From a virus (lineage: Duplodnaviria > Caudoviricetes), in the IMG/VR virus record IMGVR_UViG_3300046788_000219, positions 1-46,919 of that record: a stretch of DNA of 46,919 nucleotides; one strand, given 5' to 3'. The notes beneath the pieces are model-generated. The model worked only from the letters and a program-made list of their open reading frames with translations, did no database searches and was not told where the DNA came from. Below, in pieces: positions 8,398-17,464 of the stretch. A program made the position numbers and the translations under genes. Numbering within the stretch: the first letter of the stretch is position 1; each line of letters starts with the position of its first letter.

Positions 8398-8886
8398 ATG
8401 TCCAAAGGCAAACGTTCGAAGGGCAAAACAGGCCGGAAAAAGCCGGGGGCTCTGGGGGCAGGTGCGCAGCCGGCGATTATGACGGCCGCCGAATCTGCGA
8501 GTAGGACACCTGAACCTGGGGCCTCTGGCTCACGCCGCGACGAGTCGGGCCTGACCGCGCGGGAGATGAACGTTCTGATCGGCAAGGCGATCCGCCACGA
8601 CTTCCCTCTAGACGCCGCCGGCTTCGCCCAGGCCGTGGAGACGACCAAGCGGAACATGGGCCACGATGACGGCCGCACGAGCAACGGCGCCGTCAAGAAC
8701 TGGATTGAGATGGTACGGAGGCAGGACTCCCTCTCGACCCACGACGAGCAGGCCGAGCTGTGTAAGCAACTGACCGAGGCGATGAATGAGCTTCGCAGCG
8801 TTAATCCAGCAGGCTCAGGGGCAGCTGGCGGCCTTCCGGCTGCTCCGGGCGACCAGCCGGCCGATCCCGGCGCCGCCGCTGCGTGA
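8398..8886 (+). CDS. Putative terminase small subunit
   Basis: Position upstream of TerL, basic N-terminus; overlaps TerL by ~100 nt. Confidence 0.5.
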   Translation: MSKGKRSKGKTGRKKPGALGAGAQPAIMTAAESASRTPEPGASGSRRDESGLTAREMNVLIGKAIRHDFPLDAAGFAQAVETTKRNMGHDDGRTSNGAVKNWIEMVRRQDSLSTHDEQAELCKQLTEAMNELRSVNPAGSGAAGGLPAAPGDQPADPGAAAA

Positions 8887-10372
8887 GTGGGCCTATCGCT
8901 ACGTGCCTGGCTACTTCCCGGTCGCTCCCTCCAAATTTCACGCCTGGCTGGTGCCGCGGCTGAGCGACTTCCACCGAACCCGCGGGCAGAGGTTGAACGT
9001 GCTGGCGCCCCGCGGGGCGGCAAAGTCCACCTGGTCCACGTTCGCCTACCCGCTCTACCTCGCGATCCACGGCATCGAGCCCTACATCATTCTCACCTCG
9101 GACACGGGCGACCAGGCCCACAAATACCTGGACGCGATCCGGGCCGAGCTGGAAACAAACGAGTTGCTCCGCACGGACTATGCCCATCTCAGCGGCCGGG
9201 GCGCCATCTGGCGAGAGGATCGGATTCGCCTGGCCAACGGCGTCATGATAGAGGCTATCGGCACCGGCACGAAATTACGCGGACGGAAGAACAGATCGCA
9301 CCGGCCGAGCCTGATCATCGTGGACGATCCCCAGAACACCGGGCACATCCTGAGCGCCCTGCAGCGGGAGCGATCCTGGGAATGGCTGGTCAAGGACGTA
9401 TCGAACGCGGGAAGCCCGATCACGAACATCATCGCTCTGGGAACGGCTTTACATCGAGACTGCATCGTCTGCCGGCTTCACTCACCGAAGGACGGGGCCG
9501 GCTGGACCTCGCACCTGTTCACGTCCGTCATCTCGTGGCCGAAGCGCATGGACCTGTGGCGGGAGTGGGAGCAATTCCTGCTGGACCACGACGACGATGA
9601 CCGGCAGGCCAACGCGAAAGCCTTCTACCTCGCGAACCAGAAGGCCATGGACGCCGGCGCCGAAGTGGTGTGGCCCGAGCGGGATTCGCTCTATGCCCTG
9701 ATGCTGCTTCGCGTGTCGATCGGCGTCACGGCCTTCGCCTCGGAGCGGCAGAACGACCCGACGAATCCCGAGGCCTGCGAGTGGCCCCCGGAATACTTCG
9801 ACCATGCCGCCTTCTGGTTCGACGCCTGGCCGGACAACCTCGTCATGAAGGCGATCGCCCTGGACCCGTCGAAGGGCAAGGACGCCAAGCACGGGGATTA
9901 CTCCGCCTTCGTCTACGGCGGCACCGACAAGAACGGTGTCCTCTGGCTCGACGCCGACCTGCAGCGGCGGGACACGTCGAAGATCGTCAGCGATGGCCTC
10001 GCCCTCTGCGACCGCTTCCATCCGCACGCCTGGGGCTCGGAAGTGGATCAATTCCAGGAGCTGCTCTGTATCGAGATCGCCCGCGAGATGAAGAAGCGGC
10101 CGCGCCCCGTGGCGGTCTATGGCATCCCGACGGGCAACGTGGCGAAAATGATGCGGGTGCGCCGCCTGGGGCCCTACCTGAGCCAGCGAAAGCTGCGGGT
10201 GAAGTCGCGATCGCCGGGGGCGGCCTTGCTCGTGCAGCAGCTTCGGGACTTCCCGAACGGGGATCATGACGACGGGCCGGATGCGCTGGAGATGCTCGAG
10301 CGGCTGCTGCGGCACCTGCTGACGAAGGGCGAGAACGAGGCCGGGGGCGGAGCGCCCCGGCTGATCACATGA
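8786..10372 (+). CDS. terL: Terminase large subunit
   Basis: Walker A APRGAAKST, Walker B IIVDD, nuclease ALDPS and HDDGPDALE. Confidence 0.95.
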   Translation: MSFAALIQQAQGQLAAFRLLRATSRPIPAPPLREWAYRYVPGYFPVAPSKFHAWLVPRLSDFHRTRGQRLNVLAPRGAAKSTWSTFAYPLYLAIHGIEPYIILTSDTGDQAHKYLDAIRAELETNELLRTDYAHLSGRGAIWREDRIRLANGVMIEAIGTGTKLRGRKNRSHRPSLIIVDDPQNTGHILSALQRERSWEWLVKDVSNAGSPITNIIALGTALHRDCIVCRLHSPKDGAGWTSHLFTSVISWPKRMDLWREWEQFLLDHDDDDRQANAKAFYLANQKAMDAGAEVVWPERDSLYALMLLRVSIGVTAFASERQNDPTNPEACEWPPEYFDHAAFWFDAWPDNLVMKAIALDPSKGKDAKHGDYSAFVYGGTDKNGVLWLDADLQRRDTSKIVSDGLALCDRFHPHAWGSEVDQFQELLCIEIAREMKKRPRPVAVYGIPTGNVAKMMRVRRLGPYLSQRKLRVKSRSPGAALLVQQLRDFPNGDHDDGPDALEMLERLLRHLLTKGENEAGGGAPRLIT

Positions 10373-10382
10373 GGGGGAAGCT

Positions 10383-10619
10383 ATGCAGGGCAAGCTGCTC
10401 GTTTGCGTCGCCAACTTGAAGAGGATGCCCGAATTCCGAAAGGCCGTGAAGCAATCCGGCAGCCGGTGTCGTTCGGCGATTCGCGTCAATTGGGATCACG
10501 ACGGGAGCCGAAGCCTCATTCTGAAACTGGATGGCCCCCTTCTCCCCAAGGTGACCGAGGCATGCGTCATCCCGACGCTTTCGCTGGACGATTTCATTCA
10601 ATTGCTCAAGGCTCGCTAG
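10383..10619 (+). CDS. Hypothetical protein
   Basis: GAGGGGG RBS; fills the TerL-portal gap. Confidence 0.6.
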   Translation: MQGKLLVCVANLKRMPEFRKAVKQSGSRCRSAIRVNWDHDGSRSLILKLDGPLLPKVTEACVIPTLSLDDFIQLLKAR

Positions 10620-10634
10620 GCCAAGGAAGGCCCC

Positions 10635-13577
10635 ATGACAACCCTGAACGGACGCCCGAAAAAGCCCGTCGAGATCAAGGCCACCATCTCCGAAGCGAAG
10701 GAGCAGGCAAAGCTGCTGCGCGTCCAGGCTGCCGCGGCGAAGGCCGGCTACGAACGCGATCTCTATGAGGGCCTCTGGGGTTGGTGGGACGACTTCGGCG
10801 GCTCGGATCTCTGGGACCGGCTACGCCCCTCGAGCCAGGACGAAGACGGCGAGCGCTGGGTTCCGGCGAACATCCCCAGCGACCGCCGGCACGGCTACAA
10901 CTGGCCCATCTGGCGCACGCAGGTCGAGCTAGACGAGCGCCGGCAGCAAAGCCGCATCCTTTGCCAGACGAACAGCTTCGCGATCGGCCTGCTCAAGAAC
11001 ATGACGAATAACGTCATCGGCAAGGGATTCAGTTACAAGACGAAAGCGAAGGGTGACGATCCGACGCCCGAGGCGGAAGCCACTGCGAAAAAAACGCAGA
11101 CGTTCGTTGACTACTTCCTCCGCTCTAACCGCTTCAACGCGAACCAGATCGACCCGCGGAGCAACATGCTCGTCGCCATGACGCGCGAGCGGGAAATCTT
11201 CCGGCGGGAGAACGGCGGGGACGGCGAGTGCTTCGTCCGGCTGTTCCACCAGGAGAACGGCTGCACGTACATCCGCTTCATCGAACCGGAGCAGATCAGG
11301 GAAGGGCACGGCGGCACGGCGCAGGAAGGTTGGTCCGTCGGCATTCGCCATTCGATGCAGCCCGTCGAGGACGTGGAGACGCCCGAGGAATACGCCGCCT
11401 TCTGGCCGGACCCGTCCGCGAAGGGTGGCGGGGGCGGCAAGCCCGAGGATAAGGGCAGCTGGGAGATGATCCCCGCGAAGGAGATCGTCCACCTGAAGGG
11501 CCTCGACACGGCAAGCACGGTCAAGCGCGGCATTAGCCCTTTCCAATTCGACACGCTCAAGGCCCTCGAGCGGGCCGCCAAGCTGCAGAAACACGCCAGC
11601 ATGGGGGCGGCCGTCCGCGCGGCGACGGCGGAAATCTGGCAATCGACCACAGCCACGCAGGCCCAGGCCCAGGACCTGAGCGACGCCGTGAAGGTCTTCA
11701 CGCGCACCAACGGAACCACGGGCCACACGGAGAACGTGGAGCGGATCCGGCCGGGCACAGTGCGCCGCGTGGGTGGTGGGCAGGAGCTGGCCTCGCCGCC
11801 GGCTGATCAGACGCAGAGCTATCTGTCCGGCGTGAGCGGGGATCTCCGCCAGGCGAACGCGGCTTTCTGCGCTCCGGAATTTTGGACCGGCGACGCGAGC
11901 AATGGGAATTATTCCAGCCTGGAATCGGCAGCTGCCCCGGCCGTGCGCGCCGGGCAGACGGACCAGGAATACTACAAGATTGCGTTCGGGCTGATCGTGT
12001 GGAAGGCGATCCTCTGGGCCGTGGAGTGCGGGCTTCTCCCGAAGGACACGCTGGACGTCGTGGACCTGGACGTCGAGGCCCCGGCCGTGCTGCATCGCAA
12101 CGAGCTGGAGAAGGCCCAGGAAGATCAGCTGGGTGTCATGAACGGGTGGAAGGACCGGCAGACGTGCGCGAGCGAGCGCGGGCTGGATTGGGATACGGTG
12201 CAGGCGAATAACCAGGAGTATCAGGACGAGCAGGGGGGTGGGGCGGGGGGTGGCGCGTCGCCGTTCGGACTTCCGCCCGAGGGACAGCCGGGCTCAGGCG
12301 GCGGCCTGAGTGGCCCCGTTTCCGAATCCCTGCTGGAGTCGATGGACGCCGTTTGCCTGGAAGCGGGGTTCACGGGGGTCATCACGGATAAGCGCGGGCG
12401 GAAGATTCACTACCTGAACGGCAAGCGCGTTGCGGCTCAATCCTTCGACCCGACCAAGGAAGAATTCGGGCCTCGGACGCGGCAGCAGAATCAGCGGCAC
12501 CAGAAGCGGCAGGGGTCCGTCTACAACCGGAAGACGAAGCAATGGGAACAGCCGGCGAAGGCCATTGAACCGGGGGGCAAAAACCTAGCCGACGAAGTTC
12601 ACGCTGCGGGCAAAGAGATTCCGAACGCCTTCAACGGCCGGCCTCACGCGGAGGCGCCGGAGTGGATGCCTCACAAGGTTCACATCCTTGACGTTTACGA
12701 CAAGCTGAAAGCCGATGGAAAGCTTGGCGGAAAGACCCTCGATCAATTCAAGGCGGATCTTCTGGCGGCGCATCAGCGCGGGGATATTCGCCTAGCGAGA
12801 ACCGATCTCCCCCAGGCTACGGGCGACCCCAAGAAAGTCCAGGACAGCTCTATTAAGCATCTCACGTCGGAATTCAACAACGTAGAAATTCCGCCGGCGA
12901 ATTCCAGCGAACCGGCGACTCCGCCGAGCAACATAGACCAAGCTACTTCAGCATTCCGCGGACACCTTGACGCCGCGAGCAAGAAAAACCTGGACCCCGC
13001 GGCTCTCGATGCTGCAATTAAGGGTGCGGCGAAAACGCTCTCGGTCAAAGATTCCGCAAAAGTCGCGAACGATTTAGGCATTCCTGGCCGCTTCAAATCG
13101 AAAAAGGATGCCCTGGATCACATTTCGAGAAGAATTCACGGGATGCAAAATACCGTTGAGCGCGTCGATGTTTCTTCGGCCACTAAGCCGGCTTCAAAAC
13201 CGAAGGCTAAGCGCCCAGCCAATCCGTCTTTACCAGAACGGAAAGCGATACCGATTCAGCTTCCAGTGGAAAATAAGCCATACCCGAGCATCAACAGCAA
13301 CGATCGCCACAACGCCATGAACTCCAGCGAGCACACGCATAAGCTGGATCCAAAAAACCTCATCGCCACCCAAAGGAACGTCCTGAGCGATGCGCTAGAC
13401 CGCATCAAGGGTCCGCTGCGTGAGGATAAGCCGATTCTTGTCATTAGGCATAACGGAAAGGACTACATCGAAGAGGGGCACCATCGCGCGGTAAAGGCCA
13501 TGCAGACCGGGCAGAAGGTGCCCGCGCGAGTCATGACCGTTTCGGCTGACGGAAAACTACACCCGATCAAGGAATGA
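10635..13577 (+). CDS. Portal protein with long C-terminal extension ending in a ParB/Srx-like domain
   Basis: Portal motifs DGECFVRL, RFIEPEQI, EIVHLK...KRGIS, GDASNGNYSS in the first ~535 aa; C-terminal PILVIRHNGKDYIEEGHHRA. Confidence 0.88.
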   Translation: MTTLNGRPKKPVEIKATISEAKEQAKLLRVQAAAAKAGYERDLYEGLWGWWDDFGGSDLWDRLRPSSQDEDGERWVPANIPSDRRHGYNWPIWRTQVELDERRQQSRILCQTNSFAIGLLKNMTNNVIGKGFSYKTKAKGDDPTPEAEATAKKTQTFVDYFLRSNRFNANQIDPRSNMLVAMTREREIFRRENGGDGECFVRLFHQENGCTYIRFIEPEQIREGHGGTAQEGWSVGIRHSMQPVEDVETPEEYAAFWPDPSAKGGGGGKPEDKGSWEMIPAKEIVHLKGLDTASTVKRGISPFQFDTLKALERAAKLQKHASMGAAVRAATAEIWQSTTATQAQAQDLSDAVKVFTRTNGTTGHTENVERIRPGTVRRVGGGQELASPPADQTQSYLSGVSGDLRQANAAFCAPEFWTGDASNGNYSSLESAAAPAVRAGQTDQEYYKIAFGLIVWKAILWAVECGLLPKDTLDVVDLDVEAPAVLHRNELEKAQEDQLGVMNGWKDRQTCASERGLDWDTVQANNQEYQDEQGGGAGGGASPFGLPPEGQPGSGGGLSGPVSESLLESMDAVCLEAGFTGVITDKRGRKIHYLNGKRVAAQSFDPTKEEFGPRTRQQNQRHQKRQGSVYNRKTKQWEQPAKAIEPGGKNLADEVHAAGKEIPNAFNGRPHAEAPEWMPHKVHILDVYDKLKADGKLGGKTLDQFKADLLAAHQRGDIRLARTDLPQATGDPKKVQDSSIKHLTSEFNNVEIPPANSSEPATPPSNIDQATSAFRGHLDAASKKNLDPAALDAAIKGAAKTLSVKDSAKVANDLGIPGRFKSKKDALDHISRRIHGMQNTVERVDVSSATKPASKPKAKRPANPSLPERKAIPIQLPVENKPYPSINSNDRHNAMNSSEHTHKLDPKNLIATQRNVLSDALDRIKGPLREDKPILVIRHNGKDYIEEGHHRAVKAMQTGQKVPARVMTVSADGKLHPIKE

Positions 13578-14575
13578 CCCTCACCCGCCAACTCGCCACC
13601 CACGGCCACGCCCGCCAGCTCGCCGCCAGCGCCGCGGCCGACCGGATCGGCAACGCCACCGATAGGGCCTTGGGCGCCGTCTGGCGCGGCCTGATGTCCA
13701 TCCTGCGCACGCACACCCAGGGCGCAACCGCGTTCATGGAGGCCCGGCATCTCCTGCGTGGCACGCTCCCCGCGCTCGACGCCGTCCTTGCGGATGGCCT
13801 GGCCGGACTCGCCACGGAAGCCCACGAGCATTCCGCGAAGGCCCTGGCCCGCACGCTGCCGGCGAACTACCTGGCTGCGGCGCTGGCCCAGAAGGGCAAC
13901 GTCCACCGCGTCCGCGAAAGCCGGGATGTGATGGAGGCCGGTTTGCTGCAGTTCGCCCTGGACGCCGCCGGCCTGCGGATCGACATGCCCATGGACGCCA
14001 TCCCCACCGACGAGACGGCAGCCCGCAACCTGATTCAGTCGCTCCTCTTCCCGCCCCCTGACCGGCTCAGCGTCTACCGGATCGTGCGCGGGCTGCAGAT
14101 CAACGGGCAGACCTGGGAGCAGCGGCTACGGGGCACGGTAAGCGCCAGGTTCAGCCCGAACATCCTCGCCGGGATCATCAGCCTCGGTTATTCGCAGGGG
14201 AAGGATGTGAAAGCGATCGCGCAGGACCTGCGCCCGGCGATGGAAGGGATTCGCACCTCGGCGAAGCGGCTAGCGCGGACCTACGGGATGGCAATCGCCC
14301 ACCACACCCAGCAGCAGACGGCGGACCAGCTCGGGGACCTGGTGATTGGGTGGACGATTCACAGTGTGCACGGGAACCCGAATTCGCGGCCGTGGCATGT
14401 CGCGCGGGACGGGACGGAGTATTTCAAGGAGCCGGAGCCGTGGCAGAAGGGGCTGGCCCAGCTACCTCATCCACCGCTCGAGGCTGCGGATCCGGCGGAG
14501 CGTCCGAAGGGGGCGCCTCACATTGCCTGGAATTGCCTTTGTTATGCGACGCCGATTCTGAGGCCGCTGGGTTGA
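13574..14575 (+). CDS. MuF/SPP1 gp7-like minor head protein
   Basis: RLART, SRPWHVARDG, HPP...WNCLC motifs; follows the portal. Confidence 0.8.
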   Translation: MTLTRQLATHGHARQLAASAAADRIGNATDRALGAVWRGLMSILRTHTQGATAFMEARHLLRGTLPALDAVLADGLAGLATEAHEHSAKALARTLPANYLAAALAQKGNVHRVRESRDVMEAGLLQFALDAAGLRIDMPMDAIPTDETAARNLIQSLLFPPPDRLSVYRIVRGLQINGQTWEQRLRGTVSARFSPNILAGIISLGYSQGKDVKAIAQDLRPAMEGIRTSAKRLARTYGMAIAHHTQQQTADQLGDLVIGWTIHSVHGNPNSRPWHVARDGTEYFKEPEPWQKGLAQLPHPPLEAADPAERPKGAPHIAWNCLCYATPILRPLG

Positions 14576-14972
14576 GGATGCTTCGGGCGGCACGGGCATT
14601 CGCTTGGTTGAGGCAATTCCCGCATGGCCCGGCATCTGGATAGAACCAGCAGCCGCATGATGGGCAGCCTTCTCGGCCCGGCTCGCGAGGTGGCGTGAAG
14701 AATCGTTTAAGGGCGCGGAGTCCATCACGGACGTTTCCGGGCGGGATATCGCCCCGTGACGCCAGGTATTCCCGCCACAGATCCCCCGCGACCATCTCCA
14801 ACTCCTGCAGCTTTTCGAACTCCGCAACCATGCGCAGCAGATCCTGGCCCAGCAGTCGCACCGTCGCGGCGCCGGTCTGATGCTCTTCCTCGAGGCGGTC
14901 GGACAGGACCTGCAGATAGGCCTGCGCGTCGTCCAGGAGTTTTTGCAGCGTGTGGGTCACTGGTTGCGACAT
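14424..14972 (-). CDS. Antisense hypothetical protein with CxxC...CxxC
   Basis: GGAGGG RBS, coupled to the upstream minus-strand gene; 3' end overlaps MuF by ~150 nt. Confidence 0.55.
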   Translation of the reverse strand: MSQPVTHTLQKLLDDAQAYLQVLSDRLEEEHQTGAATVRLLGQDLLRMVAEFEKLQELEMVAGDLWREYLASRGDIPPGNVRDGLRALKRFFTPPREPGREGCPSCGCWFYPDAGPCGNCLNQANARAARSILNPAASESASHNKGNSRQCEAPPSDAPPDPQPRAVDEVAGPAPSATAPAP

Positions 14973-15373
14973 TCGCCCTCCACAATCTGCGGCTCATCGG
15001 CGACTCGCGCCTTGTCGAAAGCCTCGCCGGGGTAGGTCTCGGCGAGGAAGTCTTGCTTGGTCACAATGACGGCTTTGTTCTGGACGGGCGCGTCTTCCAT
15101 CATCGACTTTATTACATCAGCCGTTTTCTGCGATAGGTCGGACACCGGAGGAACCTTCATCCAGGGCTGCGCCGGCCTCAGCATCGCCACCACGCGCCGG
15201 GCAATGTCGTCCTTGTCTTCGTCCGAGAGGATGAGGAGGCCCTGTCGGTCCATTTGCATCGGGGGAGGCTCAGCCGGAATCGGCCCATTGGCGTTCTCGT
15301 GCCATCGCCACCAGCTTCCATCCTTGGCTTGCCATACCATCGGAATTTGCCCCCGGATTCCCCGCGCATCCAT
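14957..15373 (-). CDS. Antisense hypothetical protein
   Basis: Protein-like C-terminal part of the long minus ORF; fills the MuF-protease gap; start uncertain. Confidence 0.55.
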   Translation of the reverse strand: MDARGIRGQIPMVWQAKDGSWWRWHENANGPIPAEPPPMQMDRQGLLILSDEDKDDIARRVVAMLRPAQPWMKVPPVSDLSQKTADVIKSMMEDAPVQNKAVIVTKQDFLAETYPGEAFDKARVADEPQIVEGECRNQ

Positions 15374-15385
15374 CCTTGCATCCGT

Positions 15386-16597
15386 ATGACGCGCGCCGCC
15401 ATTAAACCACGATCCGCCCGGCCGTCCCAGGGAAGGGCCACCGCAGGGGCAAGACGCCCCGCCGGGCGGGTTCTCCGCGCCGAACTCCGCGAGGAGCGAG
15501 TCAGCGGGTTTACGGGCGATGCCGCCAGCCGCGTCGATCGCACCCAGCCCGGCCTCATTATCATCCGTGGGGTGAAGGTCGTTGGCAAGCGATCCCCCAA
15601 TCGCCACGGCATCCAGGGGGCCGAGAACGGGACGGAATACCTCGATTCGGCCCTGCAGGAATCCCTGCCGCTCTATGAAAACCTGCTCGTCAACATCGAC
15701 CATCCGCCGCGGCTGAATCCGAATCAGGACCGCGGCAGCCGCGAACGGCTTGGCAAACTCGTCAAGGCCCGCGTGGTTGAGGGCGAGACCTACGCTGATC
15801 TGGTCATGCTCGAATCCGTCGAGATGGCCAACGTCATCGCCAATGCGGCGGAAGCCATGCCCGAGGCCTTCGCCCTGTCCCACAACGCCCGGGGCGTGGG
15901 CGAGGTGGTCAACGGCGTCTATGTGATCCGCGAGATTCCCGAGGTTCGCTCGGTGGACGTCGTGAGCTACGGCGGCACGAATACCAGCCTCTTCGAAGGC
16001 AAGGAAACGAAGATGAAGACCAAAACCCTCCGCAAGCTCCTTCGCGAATCGGCCATGGACGGGGAGTGCAAGAAGAAGCTCCTCGAGATGGGCGACGAAT
16101 ACGCCCCGGACATGATGGACGCCGACGAGCCGGCCGCCGAAGGGGTGGGCGATCACAAGGACGATCTGGTTGAGGCGATCAAGAAGCTGGTCGCCAGCGA
16201 GGCGCCCGAGGATCACGCCCTGGCCGAAAAGATCATGAAGCTGATGAAGCCCGACACGGGCGAGCAAGCCGCCCCCGTCGAAGAGGACGACGATGACGGC
16301 GTGAAGGGCGATAGCGCCGTGAAGGAATCTCGGGAGCTGAAGGCGGAAGTCAAGTCGCTCAAGGATGACCTCGCCGTCCGCGATCTGTGCGAGTCGATGC
16401 AGTTCAGCCCGAGCGCCACCACGCGGAAGGCACTGCTCGCGCTTGGCAATGAGAAGGACCGCAAGGCCATGATTGGCGAGCTTCGCGGCAACCGCTCGGC
16501 GCCCCGGAGCGGCTCGCCTGGCCGGCCCGTGCAGGAGTCGCGCAACGATGCTCTGCCGAAGGAAGCCAAGGACCGCCGGGCCGCGTTGCTTCGCTGA
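15386..16597 (+). CDS. Prohead protease-scaffold fusion
   Basis: IRGVKVVG, VNIDHP, LSHNARG, SVDVV...TNTSLFE, then an acidic helical tail; start uncertain. Confidence 0.8.
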   Translation: MTRAAIKPRSARPSQGRATAGARRPAGRVLRAELREERVSGFTGDAASRVDRTQPGLIIIRGVKVVGKRSPNRHGIQGAENGTEYLDSALQESLPLYENLLVNIDHPPRLNPNQDRGSRERLGKLVKARVVEGETYADLVMLESVEMANVIANAAEAMPEAFALSHNARGVGEVVNGVYVIREIPEVRSVDVVSYGGTNTSLFEGKETKMKTKTLRKLLRESAMDGECKKKLLEMGDEYAPDMMDADEPAAEGVGDHKDDLVEAIKKLVASEAPEDHALAEKIMKLMKPDTGEQAAPVEEDDDDGVKGDSAVKESRELKAEVKSLKDDLAVRDLCESMQFSPSATTRKALLALGNEKDRKAMIGELRGNRSAPRSGSPGRPVQESRNDALPKEAKDRRAALLR

Positions 16598-16666
16598 TCT
16601 GCGGGCTTGCCTGAATGAGATTCACACGGCCGGCGGAGCCGGTCTGGACACGGAAAGGGATTTCCG

Positions 16667-17404
16667 ATGGGTATGAACAAGGCCGACCTGCATGACTCCT
16701 TCAAGCTCCGCCGGACCTATGGCCGGTTCGATGACTTCGACTTTTACGTCGATGCCCAGTTCTGGACGAAGACGCTGAACGGCTCCGCCACCGTGGCCGT
16801 CAACAGCGGCGACGCTGGCATTCTCACCATGTCCGCGATCGATTCGAGCACCAACCGCGAATTGTACGTGGGCTCGACCGTGGCCTTGTTCCTGGTCCAG
16901 GCCAACAAGGCGATGATCTTCGAAGCGGATGTGCAGTTCACCCAGGCCAACGTGAACAACATCGGTGTCATGTTCGGCATCTCGGACGCCGTTTCCAACG
17001 GCATGATTGCCGACACGACCCTCGACGCGAAATCCTCCTTCTCGGGCGCGGTGATCTACACGAAGCAGGGCTCCACGCTCTGGCAGACGTGCAGCTCGAA
17101 CGTCACCACGCAGTACAAGAACACCAGCACGAAGACGGCCGGCAACGGCTCGACCTACCAGCGATTGCGCATCGAGATCGAGCCCGTCTCTTCGACGCTG
17201 GCCGAAGTCACCTACTGGGTCGATGGCGTGCAGCTACAGATCAGCGGCGGCCGGCCCGGCACCTCCTTCATCAAGGACCAGCTCGTCTACACGGGCATGG
17301 GGCGAAGCAAGGTCTTCTTCGGCCTCAAGAACGGCTCGTCTTCGGCAGAAGTGCTCAACATCGATTACGAAGCCCACGAAATGCTGGCGCGACTCTTCAC
17401 GTAA
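16667..17404 (+). CDS. Putative head decoration/cement protein
   Basis: Beta-rich; lies between scaffold and major capsid. Confidence 0.6.
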   Translation: MGMNKADLHDSFKLRRTYGRFDDFDFYVDAQFWTKTLNGSATVAVNSGDAGILTMSAIDSSTNRELYVGSTVALFLVQANKAMIFEADVQFTQANVNNIGVMFGISDAVSNGMIADTTLDAKSSFSGAVIYTKQGSTLWQTCSSNVTTQYKNTSTKTAGNGSTYQRLRIEIEPVSSTLAEVTYWVDGVQLQISGGRPGTSFIKDQLVYTGMGRSKVFFGLKNGSSSAEVLNIDYEAHEMLARLFT

Positions 17405-17464
17405 TCCCCCTGGCTTGAACGGATTCGGACCCGGGGCTTTCCTGAAAACGCAAGGACGCGACCC

